NCBI GenBank assembly: GCA_963813025.1
Contig: CAWEXO010000008.1
Coordinates: forward strand, 160,001 to 224,000
DNA length: 64,000 nt
Origin: an uncultured Verrucomicrobiae bacterium
GTDB taxonomy: Bacteria > Verrucomicrobiota > Verrucomicrobiia > Chthoniobacterales > JAFAMB01
Direction: 5' to 3'
Below are positions 41,613 through 52,169 of this stretch, piece after piece. How positions within the stretch are numbered: the first letter of the stretch is position 1; every line of letters begins with the position of its first letter. The notes beneath the pieces were generated by a model that saw nothing but the letters and a program-made list of their open reading frames with translations, had not been told where the DNA came from and did no database searches. The translations under genes were made by a program, and so were the position numbers.

Positions 41613-42200
41613 CTAGATCTTATCCTGCACCGGTGCCAACTGGTGCAGCAGCTTTTTTTGGGCCAGCTGCAGGCGGGTCTTCACGGTACCCAGCGCAATC
41701 GACTTTTGAGCCGCAATTTCGCGCTGGCTCATTCCCTGAAAGAACGTGAGATGCACCACTTCTTGCTGCGGAACTGGCAACTGCCGGATCATCCCCTTCA
41801 AAAGATCCGACAGATCGGTATAGACCGGTTCTTTTTCGGGAGTTCGCAGCCCGTCCCGAAAACCTGCCTTGACCTCCGATTCAAAACGATCGGTCACCCG
41901 CCGGTAGGCGAGTCGTCTCCGCAATCGATCCAGTGCGCGCCGCCGAGCCATGGTCGCGAGGAAACCATGCAGACCTTTCTCCGGTTGGAACCGATGGGCG
42001 TTGTCCCAGAGTTGCAGAAAAACGTCAAGAAGCACGTCATCCGCGTCGCTTTCTTCGTGCAGAACGCTCAGGATTACCGTGCGCAGCGTAGACTCATACC
42101 GGCGATAGATTTCCTCCATCGCCACAGGATCCTTCTGGACCAATGCATCCATGAGTTCTACATCCGATTTGGTTGCCGCGGGCTCAGTAGTTGTATCCAT
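41613..42200 (-). CDS. ECF sigma-70 factor
   Basis: ADDVLLDVFLQLW, ARRRALDRLR, SQREIA, LGTVKTRL. Confidence 0.92.
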   Translation of the reverse strand: MDTTTEPAATKSDVELMDALVQKDPVAMEEIYRRYESTLRTVILSVLHEESDADDVLLDVFLQLWDNAHRFQPEKGLHGFLATMARRRALDRLRRRLAYRRVTDRFESEVKAGFRDGLRTPEKEPVYTDLSDLLKGMIRQLPVPQQEVVHLTFFQGMSQREIAAQKSIALGTVKTRLQLAQKKLLHQLAPVQDKI

Positions 42201-42483
42201 GGGTCGGTCTGGTGGCGTTAGATTGAAAAAAACCTACCCGACAGCCCGGGACACGGAAATCGGGGAAGCCCATGGTGCACGCCTAAGGCGATGGGGAAAG
42301 CATCTCTCAGGTATTTGCGGGGGACCGGCTCAGCAAGAAGACTAACTGACTAATGACCGATGAATAACTTACGAATGAGTAGGCCTAGTGAGCTATCGGC
42401 CATCTTTCATCGGTCATCGCTCATCGAACATCGCCGCCAGACAACCGAGGGGAAGACCGCGCGCGAACTGAGCTAAGTCGAAA

Positions 42484-42636
42484 ATGGGTACTATTCTTAT
42501 CATTATTCTGATCTTGCTAGTGATCGGCGCCCTCCCGAGCTGGCCTTACAGCTCGGGGTGGGGCTATTATCCGACCGGCGGCCTAGGCATAATTCTCCTC
42601 ATTGTCCTCATTCTTGTCTTGATGCACCGAGCATAA
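42484..42636 (+). CDS. DUF3309 small membrane protein
   Basis: MGTILIIILILLVIGALPSWPYSSGWGYYPTGGLG (translated by hand; below the ORF-track cutoff). Confidence 0.9.
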   Translation: MGTILIIILILLVIGALPSWPYSSGWGYYPTGGLGIILLIVLILVLMHRA

Positions 42637-42679
42637 CTATTCAGTATCGTTCAATCTTAAACCCCGGCACTTTACTCCT

Positions 42680-42823
42680 ATGCTTTGGACGATCGTTGTT
42701 ATTCTCGTTGTTCTCTGGCTGCTCGGTTTTGCCACTCATGTGGCCGGCGGCTTAATTCATCTACTTCTGGTTATCGCGATCATAATCGTCATTGTCCGGC
42801 TCCTCCGAGGCGGTGCGGCGTGA
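42680..42823 (+). CDS. Lmo0937/DUF5670 small membrane protein
   Basis: MLWTIVVILVVLWLLGFATHVAGGLIHLLLVIAII (translated by hand). Confidence 0.88.
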   Translation: MLWTIVVILVVLWLLGFATHVAGGLIHLLLVIAIIIVIVRLLRGGAA

Positions 42824-42856
42824 CGGTCGGCAGGGCGGGACTTGTCGGGCTCCCAA

Positions 42857-43300
42857 TCAGCTCTGGTTCTCCCGGTCGAGGAGTTTTTTCATGCGATCGC
42901 TCAAGTAAACGTTTCCCGCCAGTAATTCCCGAATCGCCACGAAGATTTTGTCGACAGCGTCCTGTTTCGTGAGGTAACCCCGCGCTCCGGCCTGTAACGC
43001 TCGGCTCGCAAAGTACGCTTCATCATAGATTGAGAGGATCAGGATCGGCAGGCCGGGCACTATCTGCGACAACCGTGGAATCAGGTCCAGACCACTCTCG
43101 TTTTTCAGCGAAATGTCAACGACGGCGAGCTCCGGTTCCGTGCTTTCAGCGCTCGTCAGAGCATCCGAGATGTTGGCCGCTTCTCCGCAAACCGACAGAT
43201 CAGGTGTTTGATTGATCAACTGCGCTATTCCCTGTCGCAGAACCGGGTGATCATCAACAATCAGGATCCGATGCTTCACCGCTTCGTTAGACGAACTCAT
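42857..43300 (-). CDS. Stand-alone NarL-type receiver domain protein
   Basis: IVDDHP, VVDISL, GARGYLTK; no HTH. Confidence 0.88.
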   Translation of the reverse strand: MSSSNEAVKHRILIVDDHPVLRQGIAQLINQTPDLSVCGEAANISDALTSAESTEPELAVVDISLKNESGLDLIPRLSQIVPGLPILILSIYDEAYFASRALQAGARGYLTKQDAVDKIFVAIRELLAGNVYLSDRMKKLLDRENQS

Positions 43301-43500
43301 GTCAACACAAGAATCGACAACCTCTCTGCCAATCATCTGTTGAAAAAATCTGGGGTTTGTCCCGCCAAGCCACGCACTTTCTTTTGCGGAGCTGCGCCGG
43401 TAAAATCGAGCAGGACCTAGTGTGCCGCTTCTACCGCCGACCTACCCACCCTAGGTATTCGCGGGAGCATGGGTCTATGGACTTTGGGAGCTTCTCAACT

Positions 43501-46500
43501 TTAGAAGCTGCCCGAATCTTCTTTCTCTGCCGGCAACGTGACTGTGATAGTGGTGCCGCCCGATCCTGACTCGATCCGCAGATTTCCCCTGATCGCGTCG
43601 GCGCGATACCGCATGATTTGCAGACCCATACCGCCGGTCTCGCTTCCGCGCCGAGGAATGTTTTCCATACCCTTGCCGTCGTCATGGATGGCTAAAAGGG
43701 TGGTGCCCGTCTCGCGTTCAAATCGATAATCGATCGCAAGATGAGTCGCTTTTCCGTGCTTCAGGGCATTGTTAATTGCTTCCTGGGCGATTCGATAGAG
43801 ATGAGTGGCCTCCTGCTTATCTTTCGGTTCCCGGAACGGCTCAAAGGCGTGAAACGCGCAAGCAATTTTAAACAGGTTTTCCACATTGCTGGTCATGGTT
43901 TGCATCGCTGTCTTGAAATTGGCCGGCTCGAGCTGCATTGGATGCAGACCGTGGGCGAGATCATGCATAATCCCGATCGCCTTGTTGACCTGTAACAGGA
44001 GCGTTTTTCCATCTTCAGCCAGCCCCGGTGTTTCCTGCGGTTTGATGCGGTTGATCAAACCTTGAGCAAGGAACCCAACCGCGGTAAGCTGTTGGCCTAG
44101 CCCGTCGTGCAGATCTTGGGCTATTCTTTGTTGTTCCCGGTCGCTGATGGTCAGGATCTCGCGCTCGATCTGCCGCCGCTCCGTGATATCCTCCAACGTG
44201 AGCAGCACAAACGCCTTTTCTTCGTCGTCCGAGGCAATCTGGCGGGCCCTCAGGAGCAGCCTCTTTCGTCCAACCGTCGCGAACTGGCGCTCGACCGGGT
44301 AGCGATCTAGCCGACTTCCCCGCTCCAAGACCTCGACGAGCAGGTTCTGAAGGTGCTCATCTGCCCACTCGCGACCGCCAATTGTGGCCAACGGTTTCCC
44401 CACGATAGCAGACGGTGTGAGCTGAAAAACCTCGTAAAAACCCGGGCTCGCGCTGCGGATCAGCAAACCGCCCTCCAGCACAAGAAGAGGCTCGGTCATC
44501 CCGGCCACAATCGCTTCCGCGAAATCGCGCGACCCTTTGAGTTCTTCCAGGCTCTTCCGCAAAGGATCAATATCGATCACGGTTATCACCGCACCATCGA
44601 GCTTATTATCAGGCGTGAGATAGGGCCGGATACTCAGTCGATACCAGCGGCCCTCCTGATCGCGTACATCCTGTTCCTTCGAGCCGACATTCGACAGGAC
44701 ATCTTCGACCATTTCTATGAGGTCGCTCGTCTTGAGGTTGGTTTTGATATCACTAAATGGCCGTCCCGCATCGGAGGGAATCAGGTTAAACAGCCGGGCC
44801 GCCGTCGAGGTGAACCGACGAATCCGGCAATCCGCGCCCACCATGACAATGGCTAAGTTGACAGAATCTAACAGGTTGCTGAGATCGTTGTTCGCCAAGG
44901 CAAGCTCGAGATTGCCATTCTGGAGTTCCTCGTTAACCGTGATCAATTCCTCGTTGCTGCTCTGCAGCTCCTCTTTCGCTGTCTCTAGTTCTTCGTTGGT
45001 GGATTGCAGCTCTTCGTTGCTGGAAAGGATTTCTTCGTTGGCACTACGGATTTCCTCGTTGCTGTCATCCTGCTCCTCAACAATATTCTGGAGATATTGG
45101 CGGGTGGCAATCAGCTCGTGACGAAGCCGCTCAAGTTCTCCGCGCTCGTTTGTTTTGCCTTGCGTAGCCCGAGTGCGCTTACCCTCGGCTCTCACGACCG
45201 TTTCTTCCGCTTGGCGTTCCGGCGCTTCCCGCAATACAACCAAAAAATATTGTAGCTCACCCGGCGCCTGCCTGAAGGGAGTCACTTCCAGGTCAACACC
45301 AATGGTCCGGTTCTCGTCCGAGTAATAAACATTTTTTTGTAAACCACTTCCCTGTCGTCGTGCCGCCAAAACCGCCGCCCGGACATGGAGGGCCAATCCT
45401 TCTTTGAGAATTTTATGCAGATTGAGGGATGCCTTGCCTTCGGCCGGTTGCACGAACTCGTGCCTGTGCCCAAAGAAATGAAGAACGTCCAGATCCTGCG
45501 TAACCAGCATTCCAGGGGGCACATAACGTTGCGCTAAAAGCCGGCTCGCTTCGCGCTCCAGATCGATTAAACTTTGCTCTTCTTCGCCCTCAGATCGAGC
45601 TGCCCTGGCGCTCCAGGAAATACCCTCGGGTATGCTCAACTGCGGGAATTTCATCTCCGCGAGAAGACCTGTCGACAGCCGAAGACGGCTAGTGTTGTTC
45701 TGGCGGACAAAGACCTTCACTTTCTTATCCAGTGGAGTAAACAGATCAGTGAACTCCCCAACTGATTCCGAGTGGCCCAGGATCAAGTATCCGCCCGGAC
45801 GTAGCGCGTAATGGAAAGTGGGGAAGACTTTTCTTTGCAGGTTAGGACCAAGATAGATCAACACGTTTCGACAACTGATCATGTCAAGCGGGGAAAAAGG
45901 CGGATCTTTAGCGAGGTTTTGCCGAGCAAAAACTACCATTTCCCGGATCGGTTTGCTGATCTTGTAGCTTTTTCCCGTCCTAACAAAAAAACGCCGCAGC
46001 CGTTCCGACGATACGTCAAGCGCGATGTTCTCGATGTAAGTGCCCTCTCGCGCTCGATCGAGAGCGATTTCACTTAGATCGGTCGCAAAAATTTGCACCG
46101 GAAAATCACCGCGCCGTCTCCCAAGATATTCCGCCAGGACAATTGCGATGGAATACGGCTCTTCCCCTGTCGAACAGCCAGGAACCCAGATGCGCACCAG
46201 CTCGCTCTTGCCCCGGCCCCGGAACACTTCCGGAAAAACGTGTTTTCGAAGAAATTGAAACATCGCGGGATCACGGAAAAAACTGGTGACGTTTATAAGA
46301 ATATCGTGGTGAAGCGCCAGAATTTCCGGCTGATTGTTCTGCAGAACCCGCGCATAATCGACCGTGCTATCGATTCGGAGAAGCGCCATTCGGCGCTGGA
46401 CTCGGCGCAGTACAGTTGCAGGTTTGTAAAGGCTGAAGTCAACGCCCAGCGCATTGCGAAGGATTGTCAGGATCCGTCGGAGATGTCGCGCGCCACCCGC

Positions 46501-47328
46501 GGCCGAATCGGCCGGCGTCCCCTGCGGCCTCACCCTCGGCTCCGGTGCTGCGGGCCGCTTTGCGCCCACTTCGCGGTCGCCTTCGGCTGCGTTTGTTCGA
46601 ATGTACGGATGACCATCGATACGCGACAATTCTTTAGCGATCTGCGCCGGCGAGAGAACAAGATCGACGCAGCCGGTCGCCATGGCAGCGGCCGGCATAT
46701 CGGGATGCTTCGTCGAGGAAGGCTCCTGGACTAAGACGATTCCACCTTCCGCCTTGATCGCCTCAACCCCTAAAGCGCCGTCGGTGTTTCCGCCCGAGAG
46801 AATGATAGCTACGGCGCGGTTTCGGCGTTCAACGGCTAGACTTCGCAAAAAGATGTCAATCGGCATGTGCTGACCACGGTGTAAGGTGCGTTGCGCCAGC
46901 CGAAGTGCACCCCCTTCAAACGTCATATTCCGGTTGGGCGGAATGACATAGAATTTGTTTGGTTCCACCGTAGTACCTTCCGTTGCCTGAGCGACGGGCA
47001 ACTTCGATTTTCGTCCAAGCACTTCGCTGAGGAGACTTTGGTGGTTTGGGTCCAGATGCTGCACAAGCACAAACGCCATGCCAATGCGCTCCGGCAAATG
47101 CTCCAGTAGTTCAAACAAAGCCTCCAAACCTCCGGCGGAAGCGCCGATCCCAACCACAACTAACCCATCGCTCTTCGAACTGGTTTTCGGTTTTTCCGCA
47201 CTTTTTACGGGCTGCCCCTTTCCAGCCCCGCGTTTACGCGTTTTCCCGCGCTTCTCAATGTCAGACGTCTTTCTCTTGCCGGCTCCGGCCGATGCACCGA
47301 ACCGTGGCTTGCTGTTTTTCCTCGCCAT
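43501..47328 (-). CDS. CheB-CheR-PAS-histidine kinase fusion
   Basis: CheB GASAGG/QHL/DG; CheR NVTSFFRD, GCSTGEE, SCRNVLIY; NEELQS coiled coil; IAQDLHD, QEAINNALKH, DDGKG. Confidence 0.95.
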   Translation of the reverse strand: MARKNSKPRFGASAGAGKRKTSDIEKRGKTRKRGAGKGQPVKSAEKPKTSSKSDGLVVVGIGASAGGLEALFELLEHLPERIGMAFVLVQHLDPNHQSLLSEVLGRKSKLPVAQATEGTTVEPNKFYVIPPNRNMTFEGGALRLAQRTLHRGQHMPIDIFLRSLAVERRNRAVAIILSGGNTDGALGVEAIKAEGGIVLVQEPSSTKHPDMPAAAMATGCVDLVLSPAQIAKELSRIDGHPYIRTNAAEGDREVGAKRPAAPEPRVRPQGTPADSAAGGARHLRRILTILRNALGVDFSLYKPATVLRRVQRRMALLRIDSTVDYARVLQNNQPEILALHHDILINVTSFFRDPAMFQFLRKHVFPEVFRGRGKSELVRIWVPGCSTGEEPYSIAIVLAEYLGRRRGDFPVQIFATDLSEIALDRAREGTYIENIALDVSSERLRRFFVRTGKSYKISKPIREMVVFARQNLAKDPPFSPLDMISCRNVLIYLGPNLQRKVFPTFHYALRPGGYLILGHSESVGEFTDLFTPLDKKVKVFVRQNNTSRLRLSTGLLAEMKFPQLSIPEGISWSARAARSEGEEEQSLIDLEREASRLLAQRYVPPGMLVTQDLDVLHFFGHRHEFVQPAEGKASLNLHKILKEGLALHVRAAVLAARRQGSGLQKNVYYSDENRTIGVDLEVTPFRQAPGELQYFLVVLREAPERQAEETVVRAEGKRTRATQGKTNERGELERLRHELIATRQYLQNIVEEQDDSNEEIRSANEEILSSNEELQSTNEELETAKEELQSSNEELITVNEELQNGNLELALANNDLSNLLDSVNLAIVMVGADCRIRRFTSTAARLFNLIPSDAGRPFSDIKTNLKTSDLIEMVEDVLSNVGSKEQDVRDQEGRWYRLSIRPYLTPDNKLDGAVITVIDIDPLRKSLEELKGSRDFAEAIVAGMTEPLLVLEGGLLIRSASPGFYEVFQLTPSAIVGKPLATIGGREWADEHLQNLLVEVLERGSRLDRYPVERQFATVGRKRLLLRARQIASDDEEKAFVLLTLEDITERRQIEREILTISDREQQRIAQDLHDGLGQQLTAVGFLAQGLINRIKPQETPGLAEDGKTLLLQVNKAIGIMHDLAHGLHPMQLEPANFKTAMQTMTSNVENLFKIACAFHAFEPFREPKDKQEATHLYRIAQEAINNALKHGKATHLAIDYRFERETGTTLLAIHDDGKGMENIPRRGSETGGMGLQIMRYRADAIRGNLRIESGSGGTTITVTLPAEKEDSGSF

Positions 47329-47423
47329 GACCAACCTTTACCTTCCGCTCCGTACCTGCCGGGCACAAGCGCTGTTTCGCTCTTGGGCGCGTCGGAGTTT
47401 AGGCGCGCAAAGCTTGGAGAACT

Positions 47424-47618
47424 GCCGCGCTCCGCGCGGTCCGAAAGCGGCGACAAGTCGCGCCCACTCCAAAAAGTACGGGTTTGCTGACCTCCGATGT
47501 CTCTCATTTGAGAAAACTATTGGCAAATCGGCGCACTTTTTAGTGACATCTCCTTTCAGACAGCGGGTCTTGGAGTGCGCGCCACTTGTCGCCGCTTTCA
47601 GACCACGCGGAGTGCGGC
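47424..47618. repeat. REPIN-like inverted repeat pair
   Basis: 49-bp arms 47424-47472 and 47570-47618, 44/49 complementary, core GAAAGCGGCGACAAGT...CACTCCAA. Confidence 0.8.
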
Positions 47619-48030
47619 CAGGCAAAGAGAGTGGCTGGGACCCCGACAGACCCCGCTATTGAGGCTCGAGATTCGTCACGCTTGGTCGACGACTGGGCCT
47701 GCAGAGAACCCGATAAAAACGGATTTTTCGCAAACGCCGTCGCTCTGCTCTACGCAATAGTTCGCCGATCAGCAAAGGGTGATCGAAGAGTGTTCGCACG
47801 GTGTTCGCGTTCTAACATGCTTTATTACACTGTGCTCGCCCTTCCGAAAATCAGGCAAGAGCCTGACCGAAACGTCATCCGCACTCCGGGAATCCGCCCT
47901 TTTATTTTCTGAGCTTGCGCTCCCAGTAAAGGACCGGATAGATCGTTGTTCGGTGCACGCCCAGGGAGGGCCCAGCAACGCACATTGTTTTATGGATCTC
48001 ATTTGGCTTACACGCTCGGACGGTCGCTTA

Positions 48031-49116
48031 ATGTCCTCCGGCTTTTTGCTCTGTGCGGCTCTCTCCGGATTTTTCCTGTTCTCTGCCCGCGCGGGCTCTC
48101 CCGACGACACGGACGTGCTGGACGGCAAAACCCAAGTTCCGCGACCGCAAGTCGAAGCGACCGTTAGCTCGCCAGGTCGGATAACGGCCATCGAGGAAAA
48201 TCCTACCTTCGCTGTCGAGGGCAAGGATCGGCACTACACCAACGGCGCCAAACTGGCTTACACGACCGGCCAACTCTCGGACACAAGCTTTTGGAGTCAG
48301 CCCATCAAGCTCTTTAGTGGGTTTCTCTTCAACCGGCCAACCGCCTCAACCGACAACCGGCTCGAATGGACAATCCTGAGCCAAAGCATCTTTACACCAG
48401 AAGACCACCGGCGCCGGATACCGGACCCGAACGACCGACCCTTCGCGGCTTGGCTGCATGGTGGATTCACCTTTATCCAAAACACGGACGACCGTCAGCT
48501 AACCTCATTGGATCTGCAGGTCGGCGTGGTCGGGCCTTGGGCTCTGGGCCGGCAAATCCAGAATGGCGTTCACAGCATTTTTGGCGAAAATTTGGTGCGC
48601 GGATGGAGTTACCAGATCCACAACGAGCCGGGCATCACGATTTCCTGGGATCGGCGATGGCGTTTCAACCATGAACTTCAAGGAAACTATTCGTGGGAGA
48701 TAATCCCAGACGTTGGCGCCACAGTGGGCAACGTCTTCACCTACGCCAACGTCGGCGCGCTCGCCCGCATCGGTCGGGGGTTAAAGGCAAACTGGGGCCC
48801 CGACACGATCCAACCCGGGATCGGCAATACCTCGTATTTCTCCGCCGAACGTTCCGGGACTAACTGGGGTTACGATCTCTATGCCGGAGTCCAGGGACGG
48901 GCCGTCGCTCTGAACATTTTTTTAGATGGCAACAATTTCAAGGACAGCCGAAGCGTGGCCAAAATACCGGGAGTAGCCGATGGCAGTGTCGGCATCGAGT
49001 TCTTTTATCGAGACCTTTTGAAGTTTGGTTTCACTCTTACAGTACGCACCCCTGAGTTTTATCGACAACGCGGACCCGACCAGTTCGGCGGATTCAACCT
49101 CTTGGTCGGGTTCTGA
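48031..49116 (+). CDS. lpxR: Lipid A 3'-O-deacylase LpxR family (DUF2219)
   Basis: EEN...DRHYTNG, QSIFTP, DRPFAAWL, NIFLDGN, terminal F. Confidence 0.85.
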   Translation: MSSGFLLCAALSGFFLFSARAGSPDDTDVLDGKTQVPRPQVEATVSSPGRITAIEENPTFAVEGKDRHYTNGAKLAYTTGQLSDTSFWSQPIKLFSGFLFNRPTASTDNRLEWTILSQSIFTPEDHRRRIPDPNDRPFAAWLHGGFTFIQNTDDRQLTSLDLQVGVVGPWALGRQIQNGVHSIFGENLVRGWSYQIHNEPGITISWDRRWRFNHELQGNYSWEIIPDVGATVGNVFTYANVGALARIGRGLKANWGPDTIQPGIGNTSYFSAERSGTNWGYDLYAGVQGRAVALNIFLDGNNFKDSRSVAKIPGVADGSVGIEFFYRDLLKFGFTLTVRTPEFYRQRGPDQFGGFNLLVGF

Positions 49117-49118
49117 GG

Positions 49119-49265
49119 AGTGTAAGTGCCAGTGTCAGGCCAGTGCCTCGTAAGGCGATTTTAGGATGCCGGTCTTGCCGCGAGGGATAAGCTTTCCAGC
49201 CCTGTGGACTCCCGGAGCGGCAAGGATGCCGATCCTGCTAACACTGACACTAGCACTAGCACTGG
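49119..49265. repeat. Long imperfect palindrome with hexamer-repeat arms
   Basis: AGTGYN repeats on the left, NRCACT repeats on the right, inner CTTGCCGC/GCGGCAAG. Confidence 0.65.
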
Positions 49266-49269
49266 AAGC

Positions 49270-49518
49270 CTATGGCCTTACAACCTTAATCTCCAGCGTG
49301 CCCCCGTCTTTCAGGCCGGGATCATCGTCGAAATACACGTGCAAGAGTCGATCGACACGCGTCAACCCGATCACCTTGGTCTCGGTGTCAATCGTCCAGG
49401 TCTCCTCGGGGAGGTGGTGGGTTTCCTCGGGCAACTCCAAAATGACGGTGTACGTCTGATCACTTTTCTGTTTAACCACATTCACGATCTTGGCCGAAAT
49501 GGTGTCCACAGAGATCAT
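49270..49518 (-). CDS. Hypothetical protein
   Basis: Protein-like 82-aa ORF downstream of cbpM. Confidence 0.5.
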   Translation of the reverse strand: MISVDTISAKIVNVVKQKSDQTYTVILELPEETHHLPEETWTIDTETKVIGLTRVDRLLHVYFDDDPGLKDGGTLEIKVVRP

Positions 49519-49568
49519 GCTTAGCAGAATTCTCAGTCCATGCCGGAGAATTCTGTTAAGCATCATCT

Positions 49569-49904
49569 CTAGCGCCTTAAGAACCTGACCTCTGCGCGCA
49601 ACTGCTCGATCTCGCGCATCAGACCAAGCAGCACTTTCAATCCCGCCAGATTCATCCCGAAATCCTCGCGCATCCATTCGATCTGGCGAATGGTTCGAAT
49701 TGCTTCCTCGTCGAAGTACCAGCCGCTCTGTTCCGGATTGGAAATCGGCGTGATCAGCCCGTGTTTGCAATAGAGGGCGACAGATCGGCGGGACACTCGG
49801 CCAAGATAAGCCGCGATTTCGATCGAATACCGCGCCGAGGTCATCTGCTCGGCCAATCCGAGGGCCCGAGTAGACCGTTGCGGTGGCGCATCATCGTTCT
49901 CCAC
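49569..49904 (-). CDS. cbpM: Chaperone modulator CbpM-like (MerR HTH)
   Basis: LYCKHGLI, DFGMNLAGL, IEQLRAE; directly after the DnaJ homologue. Confidence 0.75.
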   Translation of the reverse strand: MENDDAPPQRSTRALGLAEQMTSARYSIEIAAYLGRVSRRSVALYCKHGLITPISNPEQSGWYFDEEAIRTIRQIEWMREDFGMNLAGLKVLLGLMREIEQLRAEVRFLRR

Positions 49905-49910
49905 GTTTGC

Positions 49911-50903
49911 TTAGCGTTCCTCTCTTGGATTGAAATGCGACTTGCTTCTCAGTTGTTCCCACAAGGTCCGTTCCTCAGTGGTTAACTTGGTTGGTACGTT
50001 AATCTTCACTTCGAGATAAAGATCGCCGCGATTACCGGACCGGTCGCGGGGAAGTCCTTGACCACGTAACCGCAAGCGACCTCCCGTTCCGGTGCCCGGT
50101 GGAACCCGAACTGTGAGCCGGCCGTTGAGCGTTGGTACAGTCACGCTGGCGCCAAGCGTCGCCTCCCAAGGAGCAACCTCCAGATCCGCGAAGAGATCTG
50201 AGCCCTGTACCCGAAAATCCGGATGAGCCGCGATCCGCACACGCAAATAGATATCTCCCGGCGGGCCACCTCCGAGGCCAGGTTGGCCCTTCCCGGGCAC
50301 TCGGATGCGTTGACCATCTTGAATTCCAATCGGAATCCGCACCCGAAGTGTCTCGGTCTCGGCCTGCCCCGTCCGCGGATTGACTCGTTCCAACGTAATC
50401 AGGCGGGTGGATCCATGGAAAACCTCGTCCAAGGTAACCAGCAGCTCACCTTCGATATCTTGTCCGGGGGCCTGGAAGCGCTCTCCGAATCTCTCACCGC
50501 TCGCTTGGCCACGACGGCCGCGCGACGCTCCGCGCTCAAATCCATTGAATCCGCCGCCAAAAAATTGCTCAAAAAAATCACTGAACCCAGTCGATCCACC
50601 AAAATGGAACTCGTATTGTCCCTCACCGGACCCGGCCGGCTGCGAACCTCGGCCTGTCCGCATCTCGTTTTGCCAATCAGGGCCAAGCTGATCGTACTTC
50701 CGCTTTTTCTGCGGATCGCTTAGGACCTCGTAAGCTTCATTGATCTCTTTGAATCGCTCCTCGCCGGCCTTCTTATCCTTCGCCACATCCGGATGATATT
50801 GGCGGGCCAGCTTGCGAAACGCTTTCTTAATATCTTCTTCGCTTGCCTGCCGCGGAACACCCAGGATTTCGTAATAGTCCTTGAATTCTACCGCCACGCG
50901 CAA
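49911..50903 (-). CDS. cbpA: DnaJ-class chaperone CbpA
   Basis: [22 protein letters not shown], no Zn finger, APWEATLG. Confidence 0.88.
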   Translation of the reverse strand: MRVAVEFKDYYEILGVPRQASEEDIKKAFRKLARQYHPDVAKDKKAGEERFKEINEAYEVLSDPQKKRKYDQLGPDWQNEMRTGRGSQPAGSGEGQYEFHFGGSTGFSDFFEQFFGGGFNGFERGASRGRRGQASGERFGERFQAPGQDIEGELLVTLDEVFHGSTRLITLERVNPRTGQAETETLRVRIPIGIQDGQRIRVPGKGQPGLGGGPPGDIYLRVRIAAHPDFRVQGSDLFADLEVAPWEATLGASVTVPTLNGRLTVRVPPGTGTGGRLRLRGQGLPRDRSGNRGDLYLEVKINVPTKLTTEERTLWEQLRSKSHFNPREER

Positions 50904-50976
50904 CGATGGACGTTCCAGATTGAACGTTCAATAGCCAAGTGGCGATGATAGGAGGGAGAATTTAGAATCCTCGTAT

Positions 50977-52008
50977 TCAGCTCTCCAACTGGAGCAAATT
51001 CGCGCCCACCTGCTGGATCTGATCAAACCGGCATTGCTTGGGCGCCTTTTCCGGACGCCAGCGCAGCAGGCGTGTCCCGTGCCGGAATCGACCTTCACTA
51101 AAATGATCGTAGGAAACCTCGACTACCAGCCTGGGTGCCAGCGGTTTCCAGTCACCGGATCTTTCCGTGGCCCACCGACTTGGCCCACCCGGCGCTCTGC
51201 CGGTAAAACCGGGCGCTTTGCTTAGTTTTTCCAATTTTTTGGTGAGCGCCGGCCGGTCGGCTGCAGCGACGCTCGAAGTGAACCCGACGTGGTGCAGCAG
51301 ACCGCTATCATCGTATAGACCGAGTAACAAGGACCCGACGTAAGGCTGCTTAGATCCATACCGGAAGCCGCCAACGACACAATCAGCGGTCCGATAGTTC
51401 TTGATTTTCTGCATCTGGCCGCGTTCACCGGTTTCGTATGAAGCGTCCGTACGTTTTGCCACTATTCCATCTAACCCGGATCCGACTAGCTCGATCCATT
51501 GATGCACACGGCCAATATCAGAAGTGCAAGGTGACACGCGAATTCCCCCAGCGTTCTTCAGATATTTCCCCACAAAGCGATCGAGCGCGACCCTTCGTCC
51601 GCTCAACGGGTGATCAACCAGGTGGATGTCCCCGGGGACGACCAGAAGATCAAATGCCACGAAAACGGCTGGCGTTTCCAACGCTAGTTTTCGAATGCGG
51701 GAGGCGGCCGGATGAATTCTTTGCAATAGCGCCTCGAAAGATAAGGTATTCTCGACTGGAATCGTGATCTCGCCATCGAGAATAAAGTCGTCAGCAGTCA
51801 AGCGCTCAGTCGCCTCAACCAGCTCCGGGAAATAACGGGTTAACGGTTTTCCCGCCTTCGATTGTAGATAAATCTGCCCGTCATCCTTGAAAATCAGACA
51901 GCGAAACCCATCCCACTTGGGTTCGTACTGCCAACCATCACCCTCCGGAATCTGATCAACCGAGTGCGCCTCCATCGGCTCAATCGGAGGGTGGAGAGAC
52001 AGAGGCAT
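50977..52008 (-). CDS. ATP-dependent DNA ligase (LigC-like)
   Basis: YEPKWDGFR, LDGEI, AFDLL, GIVAK, RFRHGTRLLRWRP. Confidence 0.92.
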   Translation of the reverse strand: MPLSLHPPIEPMEAHSVDQIPEGDGWQYEPKWDGFRCLIFKDDGQIYLQSKAGKPLTRYFPELVEATERLTADDFILDGEITIPVENTLSFEALLQRIHPAASRIRKLALETPAVFVAFDLLVVPGDIHLVDHPLSGRRVALDRFVGKYLKNAGGIRVSPCTSDIGRVHQWIELVGSGLDGIVAKRTDASYETGERGQMQKIKNYRTADCVVGGFRYGSKQPYVGSLLLGLYDDSGLLHHVGFTSSVAAADRPALTKKLEKLSKAPGFTGRAPGGPSRWATERSGDWKPLAPRLVVEVSYDHFSEGRFRHGTRLLRWRPEKAPKQCRFDQIQQVGANLLQLES

Positions 52009-52169
52009 AAGATGGCTTTCGTCACAATATTGCACCGCCCGGCTATTTTACACGTGCACGGAAGCAAGCCGATCTAGTGCGTGTCATTCCCGCCCGAAAG
52101 AACCTCAAGCAAATCTCTCGCCCTTCTATTCTCGCTTCCCACGGCAATCCTGGTTCGGTACAAGAGGCA

